From Camelus ferus (lineage: Eukaryota): a stretch of 64,000 nucleotides of DNA. The translations under genes and the position numbers were made by a program. Each line of letters starts with the position of its first letter. The first letter of the stretch is position 1. The stretch spans positions 23,996,001-24,060,000 of the forward strand of contig NC_045697.1 of assembly GCF_009834535.1 (NCBI RefSeq), read 5' to 3'. The notes under the pieces are model-generated. The model had not been told where the DNA came from and did not search any database. It saw only the letters and a list, made by a program, of their open reading frames with translations. This document shows, piece after piece, positions 1 through 13,104 of the stretch.

Positions 1-149
1 ATCAGCTTGTGCTAATTGGATTGCCAGAAAGCCTCTGGTTTCTATTGTTTGCAAAGCCAGATTCTGTTTAACTACAATTTGGTGACATACTCAGTATTTT
101 TCCTTCTCACTTATATATGAAAAAGAAATGAACGGAAATACTTAAAAAG

Positions 150-1110
150 TAAAGAGAAACTTTGAAGAATTACTTCAAAAATATGAATCAGCAGGCTAGA
201 TAGAGCTGAGGAATAATCAGTGAATTTGAAGATAGCTAAATAAAAATTATTGAAACTGAAAAAGAAAAAAAGATTGAAAATATGTATGATATAAATAAGT
301 ATCAAGTGATATAACATATGCAATTGAAAGTCTCTGAGAAAACAGATAAAACAGGATAGAAGAAATATTTAGAGAGATAAAGGCTTGTGATTTTCAAAAA
401 TTAATGAAATTCAGTAGCCCACATAACCAGGAAGCTCAGCAAACTCAAACGAGATTAAAAAAAAACATAAACAGAAAACAACAAATCAAAAAATAAAACA
501 TGTAGATACATCATATTCATACAGTTGAAAAGGGAATCTCTTTAAGACATCCAAAGGGGACAGGGAATTGTATTCTAAAGAAAAAAAAAATTGTAAGTAC
601 AAGATGAAAGATCATGGAACCAGATCTTTCTATTCGGAAAGAAAAAAATACTTAACCCCAGAATTCTATACCTGGTGAAAATAGTTTTTTTTTTTTTTTT
701 CCAAAATGAGAGTAAAATAAAGACTTTACTTCGAGAATCAAACCTGACAGAATCTACTGCCAGTAGATATGCAACATAAGAAAAGTTGAAGTTCTTCAGA
801 AAAAAACACTGTGATACCAGATGAAAATTTACATCTACATAAAGAATATAAGGCTAAATATAAAAGTCATTTTTTCTGTTATTTAAAGCAAAAAGTCTAA
901 CAATGTGTTAAGTCTATTATGTGTTACAAAAGTAAAACATTGGTAACATAAAGAATGGATGGGACAACATGAAAATATATATTATAAAGTTCCCACTATA
1001 TGTTAACTGGCTATATGAAGGTGGACTGTGATAAATAAAAATATCAAAGAACAAATGAAATAAAAAAGCAACAAATACGTCAGCAACAAATAAGAGGAAT
1101 TTAAAATTAA
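150..1110 (+). mobile_element. Old L1 (L1M-type) fragment, ORF1 and inter-ORF region, decayed
   Basis: A-rich sense strand with L1 ORF1-like motifs (aatcagtgaatttgaagatag; caggaagctcagcaaactc; cccagaattctatacctggtgaaaata); many stops. Confidence 0.75.
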
Positions 1111-1134
1111 AAACAAAACTATTTACATTGCTGC

Positions 1135-1560
1135 TTAAAAAGTTACTCTGGTGTAAATCAAACAAAACATGTATAAGATATATATGAGGAAAAGTATAAA
1201 ACTCTGATGAAAGAAATCAAAGAGGTAAATAAATGAGATATTCCATGGTCATGGATAGACAGACTCAATATTGTCAAAATGGCAGTTCTTCCCAAATCCA
1301 TCTATAATTTGAATACAGTCCCATTCACAGTCCCTGAAAATTATGTTCTCGGTATCCACAAACTGATTCTCAGTCTATATGGAAAGGCAAAAGGCCCAGA
1401 ATAGCCAACATGATATTGAGGGAGAAGAGCAAAGTGGGAGGACTGACCTACCCACCATTATGAAAGCTGCAGTCTGAAGTTACAGTCAGCAAGACAGTGT
1501 AGATTGGTGGAATAACAGACAAATATAATAACACACCAGAAAGGCCAGAAAAAGACCATT
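1135..1560 (+). mobile_element. Old L1 ORF2 fragment (downstream of the RT core), decayed
   Basis: Typical L1 ORF2 nucleotide motifs: ctgatgaaagaaatcaaaga, agactcaatattgtcaaaatggcagttcttcccaaat, atatggaaaggcaaaaggcccagaatagccaa. Confidence 0.9.
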
Positions 1561-2314
1561 TTTTTCTTTTCATCCACCTCCATCTGGTTTGAGATTTTAG
1601 CAGTTCTACTGATTTGAGTTTTCCATTATCTCCAAAATGAACATTAACTTTTTTAAAGAAAGTAAAAAAATACAAAAAAATAAAATGTTATGTACGTGAT
1701 TGTGGAAAGCAGTTATTGTTTGATGTGGGACGTGAGGACAAAAGTGTCTAGAACTAAGGATGGTTAGAAGACAGATGCTTGTGATTCCCTACTAAGGGGT
1801 GAACTTACTGAGTCATTTTCTCAGCAAAGGGCTATATGGGCAACTGGCAAAAACAAAAACAAAAACAAGAACAAAACTCATCTATAACTGCCTGTTTTCA
1901 GGGGATGAAACAGCCTTTGGCAGGACTTGGTGACCAGTATAGGTCTAAAATAATAAAATTCAAGAGTATAGAAATTTAAAGTCCCTGGATGTTCAGACAA
2001 CCCAAGGAGTCACTGAGGAGAAAGTAAAAATGCTGAAATGTTTCATGAAAATTTTTCTCATAGCAGTTGGAGCACAGACTCAGATTTAGTTTGTTTTTGG
2101 AAAAAATGTGGTGATGTGATACAAATATAATGATAAGCATTTACTTGTCATTACAGAAAGTAGGGCACAGTAGCTTTATGTTTTCAAATGGATCCCCTTC
2201 ACTAAAAAAGGAGAGAAAGAATTGCAGCATGTTTTAAAATCTGAAGTTCCTCTCATTCTCCATCTCTCTTGTACCACTCAAAGAACTGTTCTGAATAATT
2301 TCAATCATCCTGAT

Positions 2315-2348
2315 ACACACACACACACAGACATACACACACACACAC
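2315..2348. repeat. (CA)n microsatellite, interrupted
   Basis: acacacacacacacagacatacacacacacacac. Confidence 0.95.
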
Positions 2349-4971
2349 TTCATTAACAGTGATGCTAAGAAACAAATGGTCAAATTAGATATATTCAAAT
2401 GCTTGTGTAAAGAGATGGGATGGAGAGATTTCCATTTATGCTTTTAAAAATATAACACATGGACTAATAAGGTGTTTTCATTTTTCCCTGATACTGTAAA
2501 GGTTTGATTATAGTGTTTAATTTGTGTCATCACTACACATAATTTTTAATACCTGGCAGATGAGCTGTTTGCAATTACATCTCTATTCTGACAAAATTTA
2601 TATGATCTAGATCTATTTATAGGTTAGGATAATAAAAATAAAAGATAAATTCTTGGTTGTAGTGTTAATATCAGATGTTTTCCTTGAATACAATGGTATG
2701 GCAAACATTCTGGCATATCTGTACGGAACAAAGAGTCAATAAATTAAGGTTATAATCTTCATTAAGAATTTCTCATCTTAATAGGTCTTTCAAACTTGTG
2801 GTTAGTCAGATATATTATCAGATGCTGCTAATCCACGAAATTTACCCTACGGTAAAATAATGCTGACTTGCTCTTGCTGTTTCACCAATCTTAATTGACC
2901 TTTCCAGTTATTTCAATATTACTGCTTTTTGAACACTTTTATGAAAATAAGCCAAAAAATGGCCTCTGTGTATTGGCCTGCAGATTATTTATTTCTTTAT
3001 TGAAGACTGAGATCTATTATTGAAAAAACCTGCTGCTGCCAATCTCAAATTTGTACATAACAAGGAAGAGGTTTCTCAAAACATTGCCAGTTTTTATCTT
3101 TATCATACTATTATTGCATTATGGGCTTTTTTTTTTTACATTTTATTGTACTATATTGTAATTTATTTATTCATACTTATATTCTGTGCTACACTATAGA
3201 CTATGGAAGAACGATATCTTATCCATTTGTTTTTCTAGTACCTTGTATAATGAATATGTGAACATGAAATATCATATTTACTGATATGTATGTATATATA
3301 AATATGTATATATTACAGATATGTGTGTATGTTCTGTTTACTAAGAATAAGAGCTAAAATTTTAAAGTTTTCTTTACGTAGTATTAGTCCTAATATGTGT
3401 AGGCTTGTCATTGAAATACTGACATATCACATTCATGTAAGCTTCTTATCTTTTCTAATATAAATCTCCTTCATTATGATCTTTAAAAACTAGGTTTTGG
3501 TTAAGTATAGTGTGGAAGCTAAATCTGGGAAGAAAAAAAAAGCCAGATGACATATTTCATACATAATTGATAAGATTAAGATAACAATGAATTGTTTTTA
3601 ATGCTATTTTAAATTTTTTTACATTGTGCTAACAGCTCATTTATGTCAAAATAACAGATTATATACAATCTAAGTTAATTAATGGTTTTGGTGTGTCTTC
3701 TACACTAAATAAATGGTATGGGACTTCTGAAAAAAGTCTGTAGCATGTAAAATGGGTTAATGTGCATAAGATGAAGTAGCTTCACCTCTCTTCTTCTAGT
3801 GCATTGTTCACTGTATGCCACACAGCTGGCTTCAGATCAATTTTGACTTACATATGAAGAGTAACATCATAATATGTATCATTACAATAATACTGATTGA
3901 CACCTAGATATCAAAAACTGGCTAGAATTTGGCTGCCTAAATAGATATCAAGCTTAAAAGCTGAGAATTGACTAAAAATTGCATCCATGTAGACTGTGGA
4001 AAATATTATAAGCATCTCATTTACTAGGGAACACAGTGTTGGACTGTACTGAACTCATTCAGTTAAGTCTTATGTAGAAAGAGATGTAAGCATAAATCTT
4101 GTGTATCTTAAAAAATTTTGTTTTCACTGTAGTGACCTTGCTCCAGTAGCCATTTCAGCAAACTCAGGAACCTTAGCACTGACGTCTTTGAGCTGGTGCA
4201 TCTGCTCAGAATTCCAACTTCCAAATTTCTTATTATATGATAGAAAAATAAAAATACCCTCTATATATATTTAGGCTATATCCTAAAAATACATTCTTGG
4301 GCTTATAACATGTAAGAATAAAATTCCTAACTGAGATGATGTATGTATGAGTGTGTGAGTTATATGTGATCTGTTACATGTACACGTGTAGACACGTCTA
4401 CAGATGACGACAGTAATATGAAAAATGCCAAAGGATGTATTTTCAGTCAGTGACACAAATTATGTTAGGATGGTGGAGGGATGGTATCCATTTGAAGGAA
4501 CTTCCCAGGAGAAGTGACATATTATGCACATCTTTAAGAAGGCTATAGCCAAGTAGTAGTAGAAAAGAAGGGTAAGTTAATATTATCAGGCACACTGAGC
4601 AGATGACAAAGATGTCAGATTAATTTTCTAGTGATCAAAAGAAATGGAAAACCAGTAGAACAGGACATCAGGTTGCTATACTGTATACTGTATATACAGG
4701 TATACTGAAACAGAACAGAAAAAGTATATAAATATACAATTTACTTGTTTCATAAGTTTCCTTCAAATATTGCCATGGTGTTCAATGTTTCTGAATAAAA
4801 CCCAATGGAGAATTTCATGTTCCTGTGGTTTTCAAGACTGTTCCCCACCTCTTCACCCCTAGGGTAAATCCCTGAAACTGTCTAGTATTCATCTAAGTGA
4901 TAAGCTCTTCAGAATTTATACTAAATCCAAATGGGACAATACTTTATTAAGGAAAATGTTATTCTAACTTG

Positions 4972-5066
4972 AAAGGAAGAGACAAGGAAAAAAAAGAAGG
5001 AAGGAAGGTAGAAAAAAATGAAGGAAGGAAAGGAAGGTAGAAATAAAGAAAGGCAGGAAGGAAGGA
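4972..5066. repeat. GA-rich (GGAA)n low-complexity tract
   Basis: Repeated gaaggaagg units. Confidence 0.85.
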
Positions 5067-5570
5067 TGTGAGGTTATAATTTGGCTGAAAACACTTAAAC
5101 ATAATGCAGTTACAATGGTTTGGAATACTGATACTTTGAAGCTTGAATGTTCAATTTTGCCTTAATAAATTCAGCTACTTCACAACCCCCATTCCAGTGC
5201 AGTCCTACCAATTTAAAATCATAAAGGCCCAGAATACTATTAAATGCACTGACTTTCATCTTTACTTACAGTTCTATGAATAGCCTCTAAAACTGACAAG
5301 TAAATAGGGATAAAGTTGCCTCCTACAAGAAAGTGCACAGGGAAAATGGAAAAGCCAATAGAAAACTGAAAACGTCTTTGATAACATCTCAGTCACTCTG
5401 CAGGGTTACTTAGCCTCAGAACATTTGCTAATTCATATAAATTATCTTTGAAATATTTCAACCATTGAAATAAAATGAAAATAGCTACTAGCTTTATTTA
5501 CATGGCATGACTTGGGTTTCTTTTAGCATGCAAAGTAGCAACAAAAAACTATCTGATAGCAGAAACTCTT

Positions 5571-6117
5571 TTTTTTTTTTAACATTTTTTATTGATTTAT
5601 AATCATTTTACAATGTTGTGTCAAATTCCAGTGTTCAGCACAATTTTTCAGTTATTCATGGACATATACACACTCATTGTCACATTTTTTTCTCTGTGAG
5701 TTGTCATAACATTTTGTGTATATTTCCCTGTGCTATACAGTGTATTCTATTCTACAATTTTGAAATCCCAGTCTATCCCTTCCCACCCTCCACCCCTCTG
5801 GTAACCACAAGTCTGTATTCTCTGTCTGTGAGTCTATTTCTGTCCTTTATTTACGCTTTGTTTTTGTTTGTTTCTTTGTTTTTGTTTTTTAGATTCCACA
5901 TATGAGCGATCTCATATGGTATTTTTCTTTCTCTTTCTGGCTTACTTCACTTAGAATGACATTCTCCAGGAGCATCCATGTTGCTGCAAATGGCATTATG
6001 TTGTCGGTTTTTATGGCTGAGTAGTATTCCATTGTATAAATATACCACATCTTCTTTATCCAGTCACCTGTTGATGGACATTTAGGCTGTTTCCATGTTT
6101 TGGCTATTGTAAATAGA
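5571..6117 (-). mobile_element. Young 5'-truncated L1 (3' end of ORF2, 3'UTR and poly-A), lineage-specific subfamily
   Basis: Poly-T at left; L1 3' motifs (cttacttcacttagaatgac, ggctgagtagtattccattgt, gatggacatttaggctgtttcca); perfect 17-bp TSD tgatagcagaaactctt at 5554-5570 and 6118-6134. Confidence 0.95.
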
Positions 6118-6357
6118 TGATAGCAGAAACTCTTGCTAGAATCTCAGTCTCTGCATTCAACTCTGGGTAGATTTGCATCTTTGTATACGAAGTTATTTAT
6201 AGGCAAAATTTCAAATAAGGGAGATGCAAATTCTATGAATTCTATTAGATCACTAAGTTTAATACTAGTAATGCATATAGAAGCTTAGGTGAATTGAGTT
6301 TGAGAAATAATGCAGAGTCTACACATTGTACTGCATGAACATTTTCTACCTTCATTT

Positions 6358-6510
6358 AAAAAAAATATTTCTTTTACTTATTTTATTTTTTGGAGTGGGA
6401 GGTAATTAGGTTTATTTATTTATGTAATTTTACTGGAGGTACCAGGTATTGGACCCTGGACCTAATGCATGCTAGGCATACATTTTACCATCGAGCTATA
6501 CCCTTCCCCC
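6358..6510 (-). mobile_element. tRNA-derived SINE, camelid Vic-1 type
   Basis: Reverse complement reads ggggaagggtatagctcgatggtaaaatg...ggtccagggtccaatacctggtacctcc...aaacctaattacctccc plus A-rich tail; A/B-box-like motifs; flanking repeat accttcattt at 6348-6357 and 6516-6525. Confidence 0.88.
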
Positions 6511-7099
6511 ATTCAACCTTCATTTTTGAAGAGGAAAACACAAAGTTCTGTTCAAAAATGAGATAATTATGCAGTGTACCTCACACTGTTTATACTACTT
6601 AATGTGTGCATCACCTTTGTTCTTTGGTGGGTTGCTGCTGTTTTGATGAGTATTGCATAATTTTGTAACTGTCATGTTAAACCCTAAAAAATATTTTTAT
6701 AACCAATAGGCTTCCTTGCTTATCATAATTACCCAACAAGGTGAGCAGTTTGGACTGTTTTCAATGACTAGTGCTTTTAGCACATTGTGAACTTCTATAC
6801 ACCATTTTTTGTCCCCTCCACACATAAGAGTTCCTGAAGAGTTTATTAGATATTAGATAGTGGAGTCTTTGGGTGGTGCACATTCTTCTTGTATCTCTCA
6901 GACAGCATTTTACATATTTTGCATCTGGAAACTAATTTCAGTGTTGATGGTAAGAAAAGAATGATTAAATTCTTATGAATTTTATCATTGGTTATCTTGA
7001 TCTAAGATGATATTTGGTGAACTCATAGATAATAATAGTTCAACTCTACAAGGTACCTATGTAATATATCTCATTTGCATGCAGGGAGCTAATGTTCTA

Positions 7100-7292
7100 C
7101 AGTAGAAAGAACAGTGAGCTGTGACTCAGGAGGCCCTATTGCTAATGAAAAACTTTTATTTAAACTGGTAGAGCCTTTCTGTATCTGTAAATGGGAACTG
7201 TAATGCTGCCTATAATTCGTAGGTTTACTATAAAGAATATTTTGAATAATATATGCAATGATTTTGGAAATTTTAAAGGGGCTTTATAAATT
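7100..7292 (+). mobile_element. MIR SINE, decayed
   Basis: MIR core-like gagccttttctgtatctgtaaatgggaactgtaatgctgcct. Confidence 0.65.
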
Positions 7293-7910
7293 CCAGCAAT
7301 CACCTTTATTAATGTTTTCATAACAATTCTTACTCATTAAATTGCTGGACAGTGGCTTGAAGCCATTCTTTCCCTCTGATAGCTTTCCATGTGTATTTTA
7401 ATAATATTAATCTTAAGCATTAGTAGTCAATTGATTAATGTGTTTTATGCTAAATATTGAGATTTAGGGATGTCTAAATCAGCATAGTAAGGTTGATGGA
7501 AATGTTTTTTGACTGTAGGCTTTTCTTATTGCTTATGTTATCAGAAGTCAAACTATCTGCATGGACTAAAATGTGATTTCCCATCATTTTTATGAATCCA
7601 AGATAAGAATCACATGCAAACATATGCATAAATTGTTAATAACTTAAGGCAATAAAATTGAGTTACTTCTCTCTTGAAGGGAGAAAAAAAATTGAGTTAC
7701 TAATTCAAGCCATGTATTTATTGATCACATGGTATGTAATGCATTCTGCTGTATACTTGCAAGCTTTTAAGCCCTCTGAAGACCACTATACTAACTTGTT
7801 TATATGAAAGTACCTCTGTTTCAAATTTGTTCTTATTATCTTTTATCTTCTAATAATGTCATAGCATTGCTTTATTTCAATATTTGCATTTAAAATTTTT
7901 TTCTAATCTC

Positions 7911-8348
7911 TGGACAAGAACTTTGAAAGGGTAAAAGATTTTGACTATTTCTAGCTAACAAGTTAGCCACAGGTGCTGGTAGAAGATGCAGAATTTCTTA
8001 GTTGGGAAGATGAGAGTTATATTGCACACAGCACCACAAGTTGCACGATATCATGGTTGCCTTGGATCCCCTTGCTCTCCACGTCCCATGAACGTAAAAA
8101 ATGGTGCCTAGTTGATACTACACATGCAGTGGTTTTGCTTTACAGTTGGTTAACTCCAAGTTCAGGGAATCAGAATATTTCATAATGGACTACTTTTTAC
8201 CCTTTTGCCCAAAAGGACACACTCTTTCTGTCTTCCAAGGCTGTTTGCTAATACATGTATCTTTGAAAAACTAGAACAAAGGGCAACCAGTGTATTGACT
8301 CACAAGATATGAAAACACATGAGAGAGCTTGAAGATTGTCTCCCAAGA
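7911..8348 (-). mobile_element. LTR40-like solo LTR (ERVL class)
   Basis: Reverse complement starts tcttgggagacaatcttc, contains agcaaacagccttggaagacaga and ends ggctaacttgttagct...ttcaaagttcttgtcca, matching the recalled LTR40 consensus ends. Confidence 0.75.
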
Positions 8349-8449
8349 TATTATAATCTGAATTATGAAACGATAAGCATGATACTTTCTGACTTTGAGC
8401 TGTTTCTGTTTGGATTTGCTAATACATGTGCCGCTATAATAAGCAATGT

Positions 8450-8692
8450 AAGAATCATCATTTAAATTCTTGTGTCCAAAGTGGGTTTGCAGGGGCTTCC
8501 ATCTTGATACACACTTCAGTATCCCCTACATGAGAAGAGTGGACGTAAGTCACTTACTGGCTCTTAATGCTTCTGCTTGGAAGTGACATACATTACTATT
8601 TATTTGCCACAGCAAGTCATACAGTCAAACTTAATTTCCTAGGAGGTACAGTCTTACCATATTTCTGAAAGATGACCAGCACTAATGACAAG
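8450..8692 (-). mobile_element. Old MaLR LTR fragment (MLT1J/K/L-like)
   Basis: gcttctgcttggaagtgacatac...gccacagcaagtcatacagtcaaac motif. Confidence 0.55.
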
Positions 8693-9869
8693 TGCATGGA
8701 AGGAAGAGATAATTCTTGTATTTATAATCAGGTCTGATGATGACGACCAGTAACTTCCAATTTTATGCTTTAGAGGATACTGCTGCTTTCATGCATAGTT
8801 AATAGAAGAGGAGAAATAAAAGACAATTCCTGTTTGGGAACAGAGAATCTCTTCTTTGAGAGTGAGAAAATTCTGACTTCCTTACAATTACTTTTTCTGC
8901 CCCTTGTGCCATACATAGGACCAAAAGTGCTTGCCATCATAATGTGTAAATATTGCAAAGTACCAGTTTCTCAGAATTAATATACAGTAAATATCACTCT
9001 ATTGTCATTCAGCTGTGATAATATATTCCCATTTGCCTTCTCTTTACCAGTCTACTCACTCTACTACCTAACCTTCTCTCCATCCACCTTGAAGAAGTCT
9101 TTGGAAGTAGTATTTAAAACTGTAGCACCAGTCTGAGTTACAGACCTTGACTTAAATCAATTTTCAAGAACATTAGATAAGCAGAAATCTGCCTTTGTTT
9201 TCATGCTACAATATAATGAAATTTTTGAACTACTTTTTTCTTAGAAATATAAACTGATAAAATATCATAAAAATTAAGCATTGAAAAATACAGGGATCAT
9301 TATAAATCTGATGAAAAGCTATCCCTCGGGCACAACATTTTATGGAGTTGCAAAGATTTCAAAATTGCTAAATAGCTACAGCAAAGACAGCATAAGTGAG
9401 AACTATGTGTGACATGATGAAATGTCCTTGAGGTATTAAGTATACAAATGGAGGAAATGCATCTTTGTATGTTAAATTATAGGATTTTACACATTACAAC
9501 TATGTCATTATTATTTTGTTTACACTTTAGGAAAATCTGGCTTACATACAAAATAAAATAATAACACAAATTATGCAGTATATTTTACAGCAAGAAAGTT
9601 TTTTTTTAAATTGTTAACTGTTGAAATAATAATAATAAAGATACAATATTAATATATTTTAAACAGGGAAGCAACAGTGGAAAATGAAAACACATGAAGT
9701 TCTCACTGAGCATATCAAAGGATTATACCCTCCAGAGAAAGTAGGGATAGCAATAAGTGCTTTGACATCATTAAAGAATAGCTCAATGTCTGTGAAACTA
9801 AAACTAATGCTGTTACTCTAAAGCAAGCATTGGTGATCATATTGTCTATCCTAGACCTCTTCTTACGTG

Positions 9870-9990
9870 TCCTTTCTTCTCACTCTTTTCTTCTTTGTCT
9901 CATACCATTCTTAGTTCCATGCTTCTCTTCCTTCTTCCTTTCCTTCCTTCCTTCCTTCTTTTCTCCCTTCCTTTCTTCATTTCCCTTTTT
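9870..9990. repeat. CT-rich (CCTT)n low-complexity tract
   Basis: ttccttcttcctttccttccttccttccttc. Confidence 0.85.
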
Positions 9991-10031
9991 GTATGCTTTC
10001 ATCCTCATCTGCTACTGCAGGGTTTCTATTC

Positions 10032-10490
10032 ATATTAGTTTTGCTGTTTGAAGAAACTTCCAAAAAATCAGTGTCTTAAATCAAGCAAACAAAAATTACT
10101 ATCTTACAGTTCTAGAGTTCAGAAGTAAACTGAATTTTATGGGGCTAAAATCAAACCACATTACTTCTAGAGGTTTTAGATGAGGATCTATTTTCCAGCT
10201 TCTAGGGACTACCTATATTCCTTGACTTGTGGCCACCAACCAGCAATTGCATTACTCCGATCTCTGCTTCTAGTCGGCACATCTCCATCTTTAATTCTAA
10301 TTCTCTTGTCTTTTTGTTTACTTGTGAGGATCGCTGTAATTTCATTGGACCCGCCAGGGTAATACAGAATAATCTTCTCATCTCAATATCCTTAACTTAA
10401 TCATATTTGCAGGGTCCCATTTGCCATATTCATAGACTCTGGAAATTAAGGCATGAATATTTTTGGTTGGCCATTATTATGCCTACTGTA
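10032..10490 (-). mobile_element. MaLR solo LTR, MLT1D-like
   Basis: aataatcttctcatctcaatatccttaacttaatcatatttgca and ggccattattatgcctac are reverse complements of the MLT1D 5' region. Confidence 0.85.
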
Positions 10491-10705
10491 TCCAACAAAA
10501 TGCCTCTGTTAGTCTGGCTTGTCTAGAAAAATGGAATCAACAGTGTGTGGTGTGTGTGGGTGTGTGTGTGTGTATGCAGAAAGTGCTAGTGTAGGAGGGG
10601 ATGATGTGGTGGTAATCCTGTATGTAATAGCCTATTAAACTTGCTTTGAGTATACATATGGCACATCTTGGGAATATGCAGAAATAATCATTGGGAAAAG
10701 GCATT

Positions 10706-11090
10706 ATGATTGTTAATTTGATGGGTCAATTTGGCTAAACCGCAGTTCCCAGATACTTCGTCAAACATTACTCTAGGTGTTTTTTGTGAAGGTGTTTTTG
10801 GATGAGATTAACACTAAAATTGATGGAATGTAAATAAAGCAGATTAGTTTCCGTAATGTGGGTGGGTCTCATTCAATCAGTTGGAGGCCTTATTAGAACA
10901 AAGACTGGCCTCCCCTGGGCAAGAAAAATTTCTGTCAGCTGACTGCTTTGGGGCTTGAACTGCGACTGTTTCCTGAATGTCCAGCCTGCTGACCTACTCT
11001 GCAGATTTTGGGTTCCCCAAGCCTCCACAATCGCATGAGCCAATTCATTAAAATAAAACTCTGTCTTTATCTCTCTCTCTCTCTCTCTCC
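10706..11090 (+). mobile_element. MLT2-family LTR (ERVL), 3' end missing after the (CT)n run
   Basis: Starts tatgattgttaatttgatgggtcaatttggct; contains gatgagattaacact, taatgtgggtgggtctcattcaatcagttg, agcctccacaatcgcatgagccaattc. Confidence 0.9.
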
Positions 11091-13104
11091 ATAGACTGCC
11101 TGTGGTTCACATGGGTGAACCACTGTTTTGGAATAATACTATCTCCCATTACACCCTACTACTGTTGATGGACCAGAGCCTATCAGGTGGTCCCAAGTCA
11201 TAGTGTTTTCCTGAATGCTTTCAACACTCAGGCCACATTATGCTATCTACACAAAAGGGAACAAACCTTTATTCTGCCATTTACAGACATGTATCAAAGT
11301 AGTTGATGTCACAGTATCTTACAAAGTTTTAATTGAAAAACAAACACTATTTTCCCCTTGTGCCTCTCTTTCCCTAATAGGACTCAGACAGAAGTCCATG
11401 GGTGGTTAAGCTCAAAGACAAATATGAGTGATGAACATCACTCTGTACTCAGAATTGCTTCTCCTGGCTGATAATGAAATCTTTCTTACAGAGCCAAGCT
11501 TGACTGCCTGACTCTTCCTTTATGATGAGCTCTCTCCCAGGGTACATCTCAGGAGATTATTACAATAGAGTCCTGGAACAGGCTACTAGACATATAGAGA
11601 CTTGTCTGAATCTCACATATGGATGTGTTGACTAAAGCCATGATATCTCCCTTCCACTCAGCCCCTCCTAAGCTCTAAAAATTGGTTTTGTCCTCTAAAA
11701 GAACTTTGTAAAATGTAAAAGAAACTGTTTTTTGAATCACATTTTTTTAAATAGAAATAAAGAGTAATTTAGTGCTTCTGCTTGATAATACGTAAGAGTT
11801 AATGTAGATACAGAGATATGAAGTACATGTATTCTTAAAATTGAGAATGAAAAGCAAGTGAGCATTGGGTTTCTTGTCATCTAAAGCAGTAAGTCTGTAG
11901 GAGAAATGAGGATTTGCTATTTTAACAACTTTATGATAGTTAGGAATCTCTTTTAATTTCATAGTGTCTACTTTATGGCTGTCATTTCTGATTCTCCATT
12001 ATCCTTAATACTAAACTCCTAAAAAGGGGGAAAAAAAAAAGACAGGATGAAGACAATTGTTACCTACAGCCAATATTAAGGAGAGAAAAAAATTGAAGTA
12101 AAGTGAGTTGTAGTAAATCTGAGAAAGAAAAGACAGCCTGATTTTATGGTCTGAGGAAGGAGAGTATATAAGCGTTTTGGGTGGAGAAATGGTGACTTTA
12201 ATATCAACAGACCTATGTAGGGTTACCTGACATTTATCTCTTTGAAGGTGCATGTGTGCAAACACTGTATGCCATCAATAATTATTTGTCAATCGAAAGT
12301 ATTTGAAAGTTATTATCTATAAGTGATTGGTAGTAAAATTATAAAATATTTTTATGTATTCATAGGTATTTCTGAATCTAAACTGTTTTCTAGTTTCGTA
12401 TTTTTAAAACCGGAACACAAAACAACTATCTAAAGAAAACCTTTCCTAGTATATAAGCCCTGCCTTTCACTTAATGATTTTACATTATTGATTACTTGCC
12501 TTATTGATAAACTAGCCCATTTTATTAATCTTGAATTGGGCAAATAAGATGTAATTGCTGCAAGTCACTTTCATTTGCCATAGTTTTCTCAAAGGCTCAT
12601 CTTTCTGTATTCTCACAAATACCTAAGTAGTGCTTATTTAGTATGAGCACATGCAGAATATAAATGGAATGAATTACTACTCATTGAAACTCAAATATTT
12701 CCAATTATTCATTTGATAAAATATTGAGAGTTTAAAAAATTTGTTTTATGTAAGTACTTAGGAAGAATGAATCTAGACCCCACTATTTGTAAATTGCATT
12801 ACCAACATTAACCAGCTGGTTCACTGCAAGTCTCATTTATGTGGCAAGCTAGAATATTATTTAGGTAACTAAACAAAGCTTACTCTAACTAGGATTACCA
12901 AAGAGGGTAGAGCTTACTTGCTTGATTGCCTGATTTTTATGTAATGACAGAAAACTTTATGCGTGTATACTAAAACAACCCATTAGATATCATAATGAAT
13001 AAACAGGGTGAAAATACACCACTGCATATATCTGTCTATATCAGAGTGGCAGACTTGCAAAGCAAATAAAATCATGATTTCAATAATAAAATAACCTGTG
13101 CCTT

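Noticed and set aside
4374..4402. Overlapping short palindromes with E-box (tacacgtgta, tgtagacacgtctaca)
   Set aside because: They sit in an alternating purine-pyrimidine low-complexity tract where such palindromes arise trivially.
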